Counted from the stretch's first letter, positions 27,667 to 38,856 are shown. The stretch: DNA of 64,000 bases from Terracidiphilus sp. (GCA_049522175.1 JBEKOC010000001.1:137752-201751), one strand, 5' to 3'. Notes: a model not told the origin generated them from the letters alone. Numbers and translations: made by a program.

Positions 27667-28203
27667 TCAGGCTTGCGTGCTTTTCTGGGCGTCGTGGGCC
27701 TGCTTCTCTTGTTTGCGGCGCACAGCCTCGGCCTCGCGATGCTCGCGGCGCAGCAGCGCATCGGCATAGCGGCGCTTTTCGTCGGGCGTCTCCGCTATCA
27801 CCTGGGGCACGCGCACTCGGTTGCCGTCCTTATCCACGGCAACAAAGACCAGGTAGGCGCTGGCCACGTGCTGCAGTTCGCCAGTCCGGGTGTCTTCCGC
27901 CCAAACCTTCACGCCCACCTCCATGGAGGAGGAAAAGGCGCGGTTGATGCTCGATTTGAGGTTGACCAGATCGCCTAGGCTCACCGGCCGGATGAAATCG
28001 ATGTGGTCCATGGCGGCGGTGACGACATAGGTGCGCGCGTGCCGGTAGGCAGCCATGGCAGCGGTCAGGTCGATGAAGTGCATCAGCCGCCCGCCCAGCA
28101 GGTGCCCCAAAATATTGGTGTCGTTGGGCAAAATCAGCTCGGTCATTTCCGACTGCGTGCTGGCCACGGTGCGGGCCGCGGGGTTAGTTGCGATGGAATT
28201 CAT
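27667..28203 (-). CDS. Acyl-CoA thioesterase (hotdog fold)
   Basis: ILPNDTNILGHLLGGRLMHFID; VTAAMDHIDF; SSMEVGVKV. Confidence 0.9.
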   Translation of the reverse strand: MNSIATNPAARTVASTQSEMTELILPNDTNILGHLLGGRLMHFIDLTAAMAAYRHARTYVVTAAMDHIDFIRPVSLGDLVNLKSSINRAFSSSMEVGVKVWAEDTRTGELQHVASAYLVFVAVDKDGNRVRVPQVIAETPDEKRRYADALLRREHREAEAVRRKQEKQAHDAQKSTQA

Positions 28204-28365
28204 AGGAGGTCTGCTCCGTTCCCTGGTGTACCGTTCAGATCCTGTGCCGCCGGATAGAATGAAGCTGACGGCAGCCGGCCTGAAAGGGCGCCTGGTTCCA
28301 GTTTCAGCAATCGCTGCCAATTACGCAAATCCACGCGGCGCTGAGTGACCGCATTTTCGAGCAAT

Positions 28366-28677
28366 ATGGATAAGATAGCCGGCCTCAAAGAGATTTTGGA
28401 ACTGGACCCGAAGAACAGTTTTGCCCGTTATGGGTTGGCCATGGAGCTGGCCGGCCGGGGCGAGACGGCCGCTGCGCTGGCCGAATTCGACACTCTGCTG
28501 GCCGGTGATCCGGGTTATACGGCAGGCTACTTCATGTCCGCGCAAACCCTGGCTACGGCGGGCCGCACACAGGAAGCAACCGTCCGGCTGAAGGCCGGCA
28601 TCGAATGTGCGGCGCGCAGCGGCAACCACCATGCTGTCAGTGAGATGCAAGCTATGCTCGAGGATCTGGAGCGATAG
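28366..28677 (+). CDS. Small TPR protein
   Basis: DPKNSFARYGLAMEL; DPGYTAGYFMSAQ helix-pair repeats. Confidence 0.8.
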   Translation: MDKIAGLKEILELDPKNSFARYGLAMELAGRGETAAALAEFDTLLAGDPGYTAGYFMSAQTLATAGRTQEATVRLKAGIECAARSGNHHAVSEMQAMLEDLER

Positions 28678-28783
28678 CTTTTCACTTCCCAACGCGTCTC
28701 CGTGTACTGTTGATGCAAGGAATGGCGTCATTCATTAGAAAGATGTAAACCTATTTCATCGTTGCAGAGTCTACACTAACGAT

Positions 28784-29788
28784 ATGCCCAAATACTCGAT
28801 TGTCATTCCTTTTCACAATGAAGAGGAGAACGTGACCGTCTTATACGCGCGCCTGAAGCAGGTGATGGAGCAGGTGGGCGAGAGTTTTGAGCTGGTGCTG
28901 GTGGACGACGGCTCCAACGACCGCACCTGCAAGCTGATGGGCGAGATTGCCGCGGTCGACAGCCGCGTGCTGATCATCAAACTGCGCCGCAACTTCGGGC
29001 AGACCTCGGCTCTAGCCGCGGGCTTTGACCACGCCACGGGCGAGTTCATCCTGGCCATGGACGGCGACCTTCAGCACGATCCCAGCGAGATTCCCAATTT
29101 TCTGGAAAAGCTGGAAGAGGGCTACGATGTGGTCTCCGGCTGGCGCAAGGAGCGGGTTGACAATTTTGTCATGCGCCGAATTCCATCACGCTGCGCCAAC
29201 TGGCTGATGGCCAAGCTCTCCGGAGTGGACATCCACGACTTTGGCACCACCTTCAAGGCTTATCGCCGCGAGGTCATCCAGAATATTCCGCTCTACGGCG
29301 AGATGCACCGCTTCATCCCCGCGCTGGCCAGTTGGTATGGCGTATCGATCTGCGAAATCCCCATCAGCAACGTCCCCCGCGAACGCGGCAAAAGCCACTA
29401 CGGCATCGGGCGCACTTTCGGAGTTTTCTTTGATCTACTGACCATCCGCTTTCTGCTCAAGTACATGAATCGGCCGCTGCACTTTTTTGGCGGCTTTGGC
29501 ATGTTGGGCATCCTGGCGGGCAGTTGCATGGCGTCCACCTTGCTGGGGATGAAGATCCTTAATCCGCAACTGGACGTGATGCGCCACCATGGTCCGATGT
29601 TTGTCATTGGTTCAGTGCTGATTGTCGCCGGCATCCAGTTGCTGGCCATCGGCCTGCTGGGCGAGTTGCAAGTGCGCCTCTTCTACGCCGGACGGCAGCG
29701 CACGCCGTATTCCATCGAGAGCATGGTTCGCCTGCGCGTGTCGCAAGAGCCGCACGTGCTGTCGCAGGAAACAGGGATCAGGGAATAG
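28784..29788 (+). CDS. GT2 glycosyltransferase (ArnC/GtrB-like, C-terminal TM helices)
   Basis: SIVIPFHNEEEN; VDDGSND; RNFGQTSAL; MDGDLQHDP; EMHRFIP. Confidence 0.92.
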   Translation: MPKYSIVIPFHNEEENVTVLYARLKQVMEQVGESFELVLVDDGSNDRTCKLMGEIAAVDSRVLIIKLRRNFGQTSALAAGFDHATGEFILAMDGDLQHDPSEIPNFLEKLEEGYDVVSGWRKERVDNFVMRRIPSRCANWLMAKLSGVDIHDFGTTFKAYRREVIQNIPLYGEMHRFIPALASWYGVSICEIPISNVPRERGKSHYGIGRTFGVFFDLLTIRFLLKYMNRPLHFFGGFGMLGILAGSCMASTLLGMKILNPQLDVMRHHGPMFVIGSVLIVAGIQLLAIGLLGELQVRLFYAGRQRTPYSIESMVRLRVSQEPHVLSQETGIRE

Positions 29789-29855
29789 GGATTAGAAAGG
29801 CATTAAGCCCCACCCCTTGCCCTCGCACGCCTCCAGGGTTCATGCTGAAGCTGTG

Positions 29856-30824
29856 ATGAAAGCCATACAGATTCACGAGACAGGCGGGCCGGAGGTTCTA
29901 CGGCCGGCCGAATTGCCCATACCCCAGCCGGGATCGGGGCAGGTGTTGATCCGCGTGGAAGCTGTGGGGGTCAACTTCATCGAAATCTACTTCCGCAAGG
30001 GCGTGTACAAAGCGGCGATGCCGTTCACTCCCGGCAGCGAGGCAGCGGGTACCGTGGAGGAGCTGGGGCCGGGCGTCGCCGGTTTTGCCACCGGGGATGC
30101 GGTAGCCTCGGTGAATGTGCTGGGCAGCTATGCCGAGTACGCGCTGGTTCCGGCGGCGTCGCTGGTCAAGGTTCCGGCGGGACTGAGCATGCAGCAGGCC
30201 GCGGCCGCGCTGCTGCAAGGCATGACGGCGCACTACCTTTCCCATTCGACGTTTCCGCTCAAGGCTGGCGACACGGCGCTGATTCATGCCGGGGCGGGCG
30301 GCGTGGGACTGCTGCTGACGCAGATGGCCTCGCGGCTGGGGGCGCGGGTTATTACCACCGTCTCCACCGCAGCCAAGGCGAAGCTCTCGCGCGAGGCGGG
30401 AGCCGCGGATGTGATTCTTTACATGGAGAAGGACTTTGTGGAGGAGGTCAGGCGGCTCACCAACAGCAAAGGAGTCGATGTGGTCTACGACTCAGTTGGC
30501 AAGACCTCGTTTGAAGGCAGCCTGAATTGCCTCCGTCCGCGCGGGATGCTCGTCCTTTTTGGCGCATCCAGCGGGCCGGTGCCGCCCTTTGATCTGATCC
30601 AGCTCAGCGGCAAGGGATCACTGTTCATCACCCGCCCCACGCTGTGGCACTACGTGGCCACGCGAGCGGAACTGGAGTGGCGAGCCGGAGACGTGCTGGG
30701 ATGGGCCGCGAAGGGCGAACTCAAACTGCGGACTGAGTTTGTCTATCCACTTTCCGAGGCCGCGCAGGCGCAGATCGATCTGGAAGCGCGCAAGACGACC
30801 GGGAAGATTCTGCTGGAGCCGTAA
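29856..30824 (+). CDS. qor: NADPH:quinone oxidoreductase (zeta-crystallin family)
   Basis: MKAIQIHETGGPEVL; GVNFIE; HAGAGGVG; YDSVG. Confidence 0.9.
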   Translation: MKAIQIHETGGPEVLRPAELPIPQPGSGQVLIRVEAVGVNFIEIYFRKGVYKAAMPFTPGSEAAGTVEELGPGVAGFATGDAVASVNVLGSYAEYALVPAASLVKVPAGLSMQQAAAALLQGMTAHYLSHSTFPLKAGDTALIHAGAGGVGLLLTQMASRLGARVITTVSTAAKAKLSREAGAADVILYMEKDFVEEVRRLTNSKGVDVVYDSVGKTSFEGSLNCLRPRGMLVLFGASSGPVPPFDLIQLSGKGSLFITRPTLWHYVATRAELEWRAGDVLGWAAKGELKLRTEFVYPLSEAAQAQIDLEARKTTGKILLEP

Positions 30825-30846
30825 GAGCACGGAATAGCGAGGGCGC

Positions 30847-31893
30847 TCACGCCGCCTTGGCTGCCGCTTCAATCTCCTCAGTCAGTGCCAGGGCTGCCGT
30901 TACGCAGGCCGCGCGGTCCACGTCAAGGTGCGTGACCAGCCGGATCGCATCCGGCCCGAAGGCGCTCATCCAGATGCCGCGCGCCTTCAGCCGCGCCACC
31001 ACATCAGGCGCGCTCACCCCCTTCAGCCGGAAGACGACGATGTTGGTCTCTACCGCGTCCAGATCAATGGCGACGTGTTTGATCTTTGCGAGGGCTTCGG
31101 CCAGCAGGCGTGCGTTGGCATGATCCTCGTGCAGCCGCGCCGGGCCCTGCTCCAACGCAATCATTCCCGCCGCCGCCAGTACGCCCGCCTGACGCATTCC
31201 ACCGCCCAGGGCCTTGCGGAAGAGCCGCGCCCGCGCCATCAACTCCGCCGAACCAACCAGCATCGATCCTACCGGAGCGCCCAGTCCCTTCGACAAACAG
31301 AACATCACCGTGTCGAAGCCGCTGGTTAGAACCTTCACATCGACGCCCAGCGCCGTGGCCGCGTTGAAGATGCGCGCCCCGTCCAGATGCACCGGGAGCT
31401 TGCGCTCCTTTGCCCCATTCCAAATCTCCTGCAAAACATCAAGGGGCGTGCAACTCCCTCCCGCAAGGTTGGCGGTGTTCTCAATCTCAATCAGCCCCGT
31501 CGAGGCGCGAAAGGCGCCGCGCGCGTAGATGGCCGGCTCGATGTGCTTCCAGGTCAGGATGCCGCGCTCGGCGGCGACGGCGCGCACCAGGCAACCGGAA
31601 AAGACCGCCGTGGTGGCCATCTCCCAATCCAGGATGTGCGCCCGCGACTCGGCAATCACCTCCTGGCCCGGCTGCGTGTGCAGGCGGATGGCGACCTGGT
31701 TGCCCATGGTGCCGGTAGGCACAAAGAGCGCTGCCTCGCGGCCGAATCTCTCCGCCGCGCGCCGCTCCAGCAGGTTGACCGTGGGGTCTTCGCCGTAGAC
31801 GTCGTCGCCCACCTCGGCTGCGGCCATCGCCGCCCTCATCTGGGGCGTGGGCCGCGTAACCGTATCTGAACGCAAATCGATGATGGCTGCCAT
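30847..31893 (-). CDS. ltaE: Low-specificity L-threonine aldolase
   Basis: DLRSDTVT; [10 protein letters not shown]; [10 protein letters not shown]; [12 protein letters not shown]; GGGMRQAG. Confidence 0.95.
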   Translation of the reverse strand: MAAIIDLRSDTVTRPTPQMRAAMAAAEVGDDVYGEDPTVNLLERRAAERFGREAALFVPTGTMGNQVAIRLHTQPGQEVIAESRAHILDWEMATTAVFSGCLVRAVAAERGILTWKHIEPAIYARGAFRASTGLIEIENTANLAGGSCTPLDVLQEIWNGAKERKLPVHLDGARIFNAATALGVDVKVLTSGFDTVMFCLSKGLGAPVGSMLVGSAELMARARLFRKALGGGMRQAGVLAAAGMIALEQGPARLHEDHANARLLAEALAKIKHVAIDLDAVETNIVVFRLKGVSAPDVVARLKARGIWMSAFGPDAIRLVTHLDVDRAACVTAALALTEEIEAAAKAA

Positions 31894-32430
31894 TGTCTTC
31901 TTCCTTCCTTATCCTTTCACCAAGTACACGAAAGGATCGAGCAACTGGCGAAAAAACGACTTTTTGACTAAAACGACTCCCTCTTGGGCGAAAAACCGGA
32001 TTTTTCCGGTGATTTTCCGAAGGCCAAAAATCTCACGATGTGGTACATATCGGCCAGATGAATTACGGAAACTATTGATTCCATGATGGTTCATATAATC
32101 TGCAAGGTTTTGAAAATAAAATAGGGGGGGTGGGGGGTCGGGTGGATTTTAGGGGAAGAAACGGGGAAAATGGACCAGGGACCATGACTGGGATTGCGCG
32201 CGTTGGGGATTGTACGGTGGTCATAGGGGCCTCGCATTTGCGACTACTTCTATTGTGCACCGCAAGCGGGAAATAATCTGCAAGCACCTGCGGTGCGGCC
32301 AACTGCTCGCTATTCGCTCGCTTGAGGTTCGTGGTTTGCCAGGTCCCCAAATGCGATGGACCTGGAGCACCCGCGCGTAACGGATGGGGCACGGAACTGA
32401 TCACTGACCACTGTTCACTGACCACTGCCT

Positions 32431-33429
32431 CTACGGAATCTGCGCCATGGGCAGCTCGAGCACCGGGGTCCGCTTGCCGTCCTTCACCACGTAGGCCAAT
32501 ATCCCGTGAAAGTTCTCCCGCAGCCCCGGCTGCGCCTTCAGGAGCGCGCTCAGCACGGCAGTCGCTTCCGTCCGCTGTGCCGCCGGATCCGTGATTCCAA
32601 TCGATTCGTAGACCACGCCCAGGTCGGCATGCAGCATTGTCGGGTCCAGCCGCATGGCGTCGATCTTCCAGGCGCGCGGACCATCCGGAAGCGTCAAGGG
32701 AAACGCGTCCTGCGGAGAATTTTTAATCGCCCTCTGCTCGCTCGTGAGTTTTTCCAGGTTCGGCGAAGAGAGAATATCCACCGGCAGCAGGAGCATCCGT
32801 GCCGTGTCGTAGGCGTACCAGGCGGCCCAGGATTGATCCGCACTGGCCAGTTCGCGGGCGCGCGTCCACCACCGTACGCCGTCTTGCCCGTCGAGGACAC
32901 CGGGCCGCACCGTCAGGCCGCCCAGCTTCCAGCTATTGGTGCGGCCGTCCCAGACCAGGATGAAGCCCAGCTGGCCAGCGTAGGGCGTTCCAATCGAATC
33001 GGCCAGTACTACGGCATACCGGCCTGGCGGCAGCGCCGGTATGGTCAGGGTCACGGTCATCGAACCGCTGGCGCTGGTGCAGAAAAACTGCGCGTCAGCG
33101 GACGCGGCCAGGCTGGTTGCGTCCAGCAGGTAAAGGCTGCGCAGTTGAATCTGCCCGTCCTTCATCAGCGACGCGGAAGACTCGACCACCCCTCGCATTT
33201 TCTCCCAGTCCTCCTGGGTCACTTCGGGCAGCAGAGCAGCCTTGAGCGCAACAAAATCCTGCTCGGCCACGGCCACGGCCAGCCGTCCCCCGGCAGTGGC
33301 AAGCGCATCGCGGTCCTGCGGCAGCATCGCGGCCTGCGTGGTGCAATTTGTGGCGCTCGCCGGCATTGGCGCGGCCAAACCTGCCAATAGAATCGCCGGC
33401 GCGGCAAAAACCTTCCAGCAGAAACGCAT
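32431..33429 (-). CDS. Secreted hypothetical protein
   Basis: MRFCWKVFAAPAILLAGLAAPMPASATNCTTQ signal peptide; long ORF with coding-like composition. Confidence 0.7.
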   Translation of the reverse strand: MRFCWKVFAAPAILLAGLAAPMPASATNCTTQAAMLPQDRDALATAGGRLAVAVAEQDFVALKAALLPEVTQEDWEKMRGVVESSASLMKDGQIQLRSLYLLDATSLAASADAQFFCTSASGSMTVTLTIPALPPGRYAVVLADSIGTPYAGQLGFILVWDGRTNSWKLGGLTVRPGVLDGQDGVRWWTRARELASADQSWAAWYAYDTARMLLLPVDILSSPNLEKLTSEQRAIKNSPQDAFPLTLPDGPRAWKIDAMRLDPTMLHADLGVVYESIGITDPAAQRTEATAVLSALLKAQPGLRENFHGILAYVVKDGKRTPVLELPMAQIP

Positions 33430-33618
33430 CGGTTGAGCCCTCCCCGGCGCGCAAAATCTCTTGTGTGAGCGTCCGCCGGTCACTGTTAGTCTAGTACAGT
33501 AGAGCGGCAACGGAATGCCGTGTCCAGACAGCGCTTCCGCGCTCGGCAGCTTCTGCCGGATGACAATCATCGGAACCCGGCGCAAATATTTGACCGCCGG
33601 AAACAGGGAATGGTTATT

Positions 33619-34386
33619 ATGCACACTGACCTCCAGTTCAACTCGCCTGTTTCACTCGGAATTTTACGCGTGCGTGGAGTTGCACTGCGAGCGCTTCTCG
33701 TCGTGATTCTGGGCGGGGCGCAGATGATGAGTGCGCAAACGCCCGCTGCCGCTGTTCCCTCTAACCTGTCATCCCCGGCGCACAAACCGACTCATCCGCA
33801 CAAGCGTACGGCCCAGGCTCAGTCCCCGGCAGCGCAGGCAGCGGCTGCGCCGGCAACACCTCCCGAGCCCGAGGTTCCAAAGTGGCCCGCCAACGAAAAA
33901 CCCGCTCCAGCCACGGTCACCTGGGACAGCCAGGGCCTGCGCATTAACGCCCTCAATTCCAGCCTGGCGCAAATTCTGCAAGATGTATCCACCGCCACCG
34001 GCGCAACAGTGGAAGGATTCGATACTGACCAGCGAGTCTTTGGCGCCTACGGCCCCGGCCCGGCGCGTGACGTGCTCAGCCAGCTTCTGCAAGGCTCCGG
34101 CTACAACGTCGTCCTTGTCGGAGACCAGGGCCAGGGAACCCCGCGCGAGATCGTGCTCAGTGTTCGCCGCGCCGGAACCCCAACGCCGGCGGCCAAATCC
34201 GCCCCTGCCAGCGACGAAGACGCCGACACGGAGGAGCAACAACCGGCTCACCCGCCCGTCCAACCCGGCTTCCCTCCCGGCAAGCAGCCGCGCACCCCGC
34301 AACAGATGCAACAGCAGATGTTGCAGCAGCGCCCGCAGCCGGGACAACCGCAGCCCGGGCAACCGCCCAGTAATCCGCAGAACTAA
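33619..34386 (+). CDS. Secreted hypothetical protein with STN/secretin-N-like domain and Pro/Gln tail
   Basis: Hydrophobic leader; LRINALNSSLAQILQDVSTATG...LSQLLQGSGYNVV; QP-rich C-terminus; start uncertain. Confidence 0.6.
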   Translation: MHTDLQFNSPVSLGILRVRGVALRALLVVILGGAQMMSAQTPAAAVPSNLSSPAHKPTHPHKRTAQAQSPAAQAAAAPATPPEPEVPKWPANEKPAPATVTWDSQGLRINALNSSLAQILQDVSTATGATVEGFDTDQRVFGAYGPGPARDVLSQLLQGSGYNVVLVGDQGQGTPREIVLSVRRAGTPTPAAKSAPASDEDADTEEQQPAHPPVQPGFPPGKQPRTPQQMQQQMLQQRPQPGQPQPGQPPSNPQN

Positions 34387-34437
34387 TCTCCCCAATCGGC
34401 GATAATATCTCTACCAACTTTTAAGGAGAGTTCCCCT

Positions 34438-34677
34438 ATGTCCGAACCAACCATTGCCCAAAAGAGTCCTTATGCCGTCCAGGTCGAAGCCGGCAAGAGC
34501 TACTACTGGTGCGCCTGCGGCCTGAGCGCCGGCCAGCCCTTCTGCGACGGCAGCCACAAGGGCACCGGTTTCACACCCGTAAAATTCGACGCCACCGAAT
34601 CCAAAACTGCGTACTTCTGCGGTTGCAAGCACAGCGCCCATCCGGTTCTCTGCGACGGCAGCCACAAAAAGCTCTAG
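34438..34677 (+). CDS. CDGSH iron-sulfur domain protein (two motifs)
   Basis: WCACGLSAGQPFCDGSH and FCGCKHSAHPVLCDGSH. Confidence 0.93.
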   Translation: MSEPTIAQKSPYAVQVEAGKSYYWCACGLSAGQPFCDGSHKGTGFTPVKFDATESKTAYFCGCKHSAHPVLCDGSHKKL

Positions 34678-34840
34678 TACGGTGAAAATTGAATTGCGAA
34701 ACAATTATGAGTGAAGGAGTGAATGAGTGAATTAGTGCAAACTGAGCTATTCTCGCTTCACACATTTACTTCTTCACTTTTTCACATCTTCACTCTTTCA
34801 CTACCAAACACTCTCGATACGAGGGCACAAAATTTCACTC

Positions 34841-37840
34841 ATGCCCATTACTCACATCTCGGTGCGCGGGGCGCGCCAGCATAATTTGCGCGACATCAAT
34901 GTGCGCATCCCGCGCAACACGCTCACGGTGGTCACCGGCCTCAGCGGCTCTGGCAAGAGCTCGCTGGCCTTCGACACTATCTATGCCGAGGGCCAGCGCC
35001 GCTACGTGGAGACGCTATCGGCCTACGCGCGCCAGTTTCTTGACCAGATCGAGCGGCCCGACGTGGACTCCATCGAGGGACTCTCGCCGGCCATCTCCAT
35101 TGAGCAGAAGACCACCAGCCGCAGCCCTCGCTCCACGGTGGGCACCATCACCGAAATTTACGATTACCTGCGCCTGCTCTACGCTTCGATCGGCACGCCC
35201 CACTGCCCCAACTGCGGAAGGCCCATCGCCCACCAATCGGCGGATCAGATTGTCCAGCGCATATTGGAGCAGGGCCGCGGCGAGCGCGTCACCGTGATGG
35301 CGCCCATCGTCCGCGGACGCAAGGGCGAGTTCAAGGAGCTGCTTGACCAGATTGACCGGCAGGGCTTTCGCGTCCGCGTGGACGGCGAGTTGCGCGATCT
35401 CTCCGAGCCGGTTGTGCTCGACCGCCGCAAAAACCACACCATCGAAGCGGTCGTGGACCGCATCCTGCTCAAGAACCCGCCCGCCGACGCGCCCCCGCTT
35501 CCCCCCGGCAAACCCTCCATCGAACGCCGCCTCGAAGCCGCCGTGGCCAAGGCTCTGCAACTGGCCAACGGACTGGTTTTGGTCGCCGTTGCGGGCGGCC
35601 AGAATACTCAGGAGCAGTTGTTCTCCTCCTCCATGGCCTGCCCCGATTGCGGCCTGGACGTGCCCAAGCTCGAGCCGCGCAGCTTCAGCTTCAACTCCGC
35701 CTTCGGCGCTTGTCCGGAGTGTCACGGCCTGGGCTCGCTCTATGATCTCGATCCCGCCAAGGTCATCACCGACTGGTCCAAGCCGCTGCTGGACGGCCTC
35801 GGCCCCGGTTCCACCTCGCAGTACCTCATCAGGCTCGTCAATCTGGCCGCCGACCGCTACAAGATCGACCTTAAAACGCCCTTCGAGGAGCTGCCCCCGC
35901 GCCAGCAGCATCTTCTGGTCTACGGCCCGCCCAAAGGCGAAGGCCCGCGCACCGGCTTTCACGGCGTTCTGAGCTTTCTGCGCGACAGCATTGAAGAGGC
36001 GCGCAGCGATTCCTATCGCGAATCGATGATGGCTTACATGTCCGCCACGCCCTGCCCGGTCTGCCGCGGCAAGCGTCTGCGCCCGGAGTCGCTGGCGGTC
36101 AAGATCGGCGGCCTCTCCATCGCCGACTTCACTGCTCTGCCGCTCAACGGTGCACTGTCCGCGGCCATCAATCTGAACTTCACGGAGCGCCAGTCACTCA
36201 TTGCCGAGCGCATCCGCCACGAGATCGCCGAACGGCTGGAGTTTCTCTGCGCCGTGGGCCTCACCTACCTCTCGCTGGACCGCAACGCAGCCACACTCAG
36301 CGGCGGCGAAGGCCAGCGCATCCGCCTGGCCACGCAGATCGGCTCACGATTGCGTGGTGTGCTCTATGTTCTAGACGAACCTTCCATCGGCCTGCATCAG
36401 CGCGATAACAACCGGCTGATTCAGGCCCTGGAAAGGCTGCGCGACCTGGGCAACACCGTGCTGGTGGTGGAGCACGACGAAGAAACCATCCGCCACGCCG
36501 ATTACATTCTCGACCTCGGTCCCGGAGCCGGCCGTCTGGGCGGCCAGGTAGTTGCGCAGGGAACGCCCGCGGAGATCATGGCCTGTCCGGAATCGCTCAC
36601 CGGGCGCTATCTCTCCGGCGCATCCGGAATGTTGCAGCGCGCCCGCCCGCGGCCCCTGGCCGGCAAATGGCTCACCATCACCGGCGCGAGAGAGCATAAT
36701 TTGCAGGACGTGACGATTCGCATTCCGCTGGGCGTGATGACCCTGGTCACCGGCGTCAGCGGATCGGGCAAGAGCACGCTCATCAACGACATTCTGTACC
36801 GCTCGCTGGCCAAGAGCATCTATGGCTCGCGCGAGGAGCCCGGCGCGCACGACACCATCACCGGCGCAGAGCAGATCGACAAGGTGGTGCGCATCGATCA
36901 GTCGCCCATCGGCCGCACACCGCGCTCCAACCCGGCCACCTACACCCAGGTCTTCTCGCCTATCCGCGACCTCTTCGCCATGCTGCCTGAGGCTCGCGAA
37001 CGCGGCTACAAGCCCGGCCGATTCAGCTTCAATGTCGGCGGTGGCCGCTGCGAGGCTTGCCAGGGCGACGGCCAGCGGCGCATCGAAATGAACTTCATGC
37101 CCGACGTTTACGTGCAGTGCGAGATCTGCAACGGCCGCCGCTACAATCAGGAAACGCTGGCCGTAAAATTCCACGGTTATTCTATCGCCGACATTCTCGA
37201 GCTGACCATCGAAGACGCGCTCACCGTACTCACCGACGTTCCACAGGTGCGCCAGAAGCTGCAAACTTTGGTGGACGTGGGCCTGGGTTACGTCCATCTG
37301 GGCCAGAGTGCAACCACTCTCTCCGGCGGCGAGGCGCAGCGCATGAAGCTGGCCCGCGAACTGTCGAAGCGCCAGACCGGCCGAACTCTTTATTTGTTGG
37401 ACGAGCCCACCACCGGCCTGCACTTCGACGACGTGCGCAAGCTGCTCGAAGTCCTTCACCGGCTCACCGACCTGGGCAACACGGTCATCATCATCGAGCA
37501 CAATCTCGACGTAATTCGTAACGCTGACTGGATTCTCGACCTCGGCCCCGAGGGCGGCGAAGACGGCGGCCGCATCATCGGCCAGGGCCGTCCCGCAAAG
37601 ATTGCAGCCACTCCCGGCTCTTACACCGGCCAGTTTCTCAAGCGCTATTACTCCTCTAGCAGCGGCCGTCTTGCTCCCACCGGACCCGACGATGATCCCG
37701 CCGGCATCGATTCAACCGTCATACTGGATGCACCTTCGATTGCACAGGTTGTAGCGGACGAGCCCGCCAGGCGCTCAACCGCAAAGAAGACGGCCACAGA
37801 AATATCCGCAACCCGCAGAAAGAAGACGGAGCTGCCATGA
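34841..37840 (+). CDS. uvrA: Excinuclease ABC subunit A
   Basis: GARQHNL; [23 protein letters not shown]; two ABC cassettes; [12 protein letters not shown]; Zn fingers. Confidence 0.98.
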   Translation: MPITHISVRGARQHNLRDINVRIPRNTLTVVTGLSGSGKSSLAFDTIYAEGQRRYVETLSAYARQFLDQIERPDVDSIEGLSPAISIEQKTTSRSPRSTVGTITEIYDYLRLLYASIGTPHCPNCGRPIAHQSADQIVQRILEQGRGERVTVMAPIVRGRKGEFKELLDQIDRQGFRVRVDGELRDLSEPVVLDRRKNHTIEAVVDRILLKNPPADAPPLPPGKPSIERRLEAAVAKALQLANGLVLVAVAGGQNTQEQLFSSSMACPDCGLDVPKLEPRSFSFNSAFGACPECHGLGSLYDLDPAKVITDWSKPLLDGLGPGSTSQYLIRLVNLAADRYKIDLKTPFEELPPRQQHLLVYGPPKGEGPRTGFHGVLSFLRDSIEEARSDSYRESMMAYMSATPCPVCRGKRLRPESLAVKIGGLSIADFTALPLNGALSAAINLNFTERQSLIAERIRHEIAERLEFLCAVGLTYLSLDRNAATLSGGEGQRIRLATQIGSRLRGVLYVLDEPSIGLHQRDNNRLIQALERLRDLGNTVLVVEHDEETIRHADYILDLGPGAGRLGGQVVAQGTPAEIMACPESLTGRYLSGASGMLQRARPRPLAGKWLTITGAREHNLQDVTIRIPLGVMTLVTGVSGSGKSTLINDILYRSLAKSIYGSREEPGAHDTITGAEQIDKVVRIDQSPIGRTPRSNPATYTQVFSPIRDLFAMLPEARERGYKPGRFSFNVGGGRCEACQGDGQRRIEMNFMPDVYVQCEICNGRRYNQETLAVKFHGYSIADILELTIEDALTVLTDVPQVRQKLQTLVDVGLGYVHLGQSATTLSGGEAQRMKLARELSKRQTGRTLYLLDEPTTGLHFDDVRKLLEVLHRLTDLGNTVIIIEHNLDVIRNADWILDLGPEGGEDGGRIIGQGRPAKIAATPGSYTGQFLKRYYSSSSGRLAPTGPDDDPAGIDSTVILDAPSIAQVVADEPARRSTAKKTATEISATRRKKTELP

Positions 37841-38787
37841 ACGACCAGGAACACACGCCGCGCGAGATGGAGCAAATTCCATCTTTTCGACCGGTCCATA
37901 CTTTGCCGCAGGCTGTGCCGAACCAGGAAGAAGCAGCAGAGCTGTTTCAGTCCTGGTACCGGCCCGAGGCCGTTGCGCCGACGCGCATTCCGCATTTCGG
38001 CCATCTCTGCCTGCTGGCGGCGTTCCTGCTCTTCGGGTTTGTCTGCATGACGGTGTTGATGTTTGTTGCCCTGCACTTCCATCTGGATGGCGTCACTACG
38101 CAGGATCAAATCAAGAACAATGTTCACTACCTTCTGGGCAGCGAGGCGGTCCTCTATCTCATCACGCTGGCTCTCAGCATCCCTATCTTTCCGCTGCTGT
38201 GGAACAAGAGTTTCTTTACCGGAATCCACTGGCGCGGCGCAACGGCTCTCGAACTGGGTTGGCGTTTGCCTGCCATTGCCCTGGGCTGCTTCGTGCTGGC
38301 CGGGTTGGACCAGTGGCTGCTGCCCGGGCCGGAGCATGCACCCATCGAAGATATTTTTCGTTCTCCCGGCGCCGCGTGGCTGATGTTCGGCTTCGGCGTC
38401 ACCTTCGCGCCTTTCTTTGAGGAGACTGTCTTCCGCGGCTTCCTGCTGCCCGCCCTGGCCACGGCCTGGGACTGGTCAATCGAAAGGAGCACCGGCAAGC
38501 CCGCCCGCCCGCTCGACGCCAACGGCCATCCCCAATGGTCCATCTTCTCCATGGTGATCGCCTCCGCCCTCACCACCATCCCCTTTGCCCTCATGCACGC
38601 TGATCAACAAGGCCATTCGCTCGGTCCGTTTCTCCTGCTGATCACCGTCAGCCTGATCTTGTGCGCGGTGCGCCTGGTTACTCGCTCATTGGCCGCCAGC
38701 ACGCTGGTCCATGCCTGCTACAATTTTTTGATCTTCTTTACCATGCTGGTTGGCACCGGCGGATTCAGGCATTTTGACAAGTTATGA
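37837..38787 (+). CDS. CPBP (CAAX protease/Abi) family intramembrane metalloprotease
   Basis: [12 protein letters not shown] (EExxxR), FALMH, HACYN motifs; multiple TM helices. Confidence 0.9.
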   Translation: MNDQEHTPREMEQIPSFRPVHTLPQAVPNQEEAAELFQSWYRPEAVAPTRIPHFGHLCLLAAFLLFGFVCMTVLMFVALHFHLDGVTTQDQIKNNVHYLLGSEAVLYLITLALSIPIFPLLWNKSFFTGIHWRGATALELGWRLPAIALGCFVLAGLDQWLLPGPEHAPIEDIFRSPGAAWLMFGFGVTFAPFFEETVFRGFLLPALATAWDWSIERSTGKPARPLDANGHPQWSIFSMVIASALTTIPFALMHADQQGHSLGPFLLLITVSLILCAVRLVTRSLAASTLVHACYNFLIFFTMLVGTGGFRHFDKL

Positions 38788-38856
38788 AAAAGGCAGGGAA
38801 CAAAAAATCGAAATCTCTGCCCGCAACTAACGGTTAAGATTCATGAAGAGGTAACC

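Noticed and set aside
34680-34840. SOS/LexA box upstream of uvrA
   Set aside because: I found neither a GTTC-N7-GTTC-type nor a CTGT-N8-ACAG-type box
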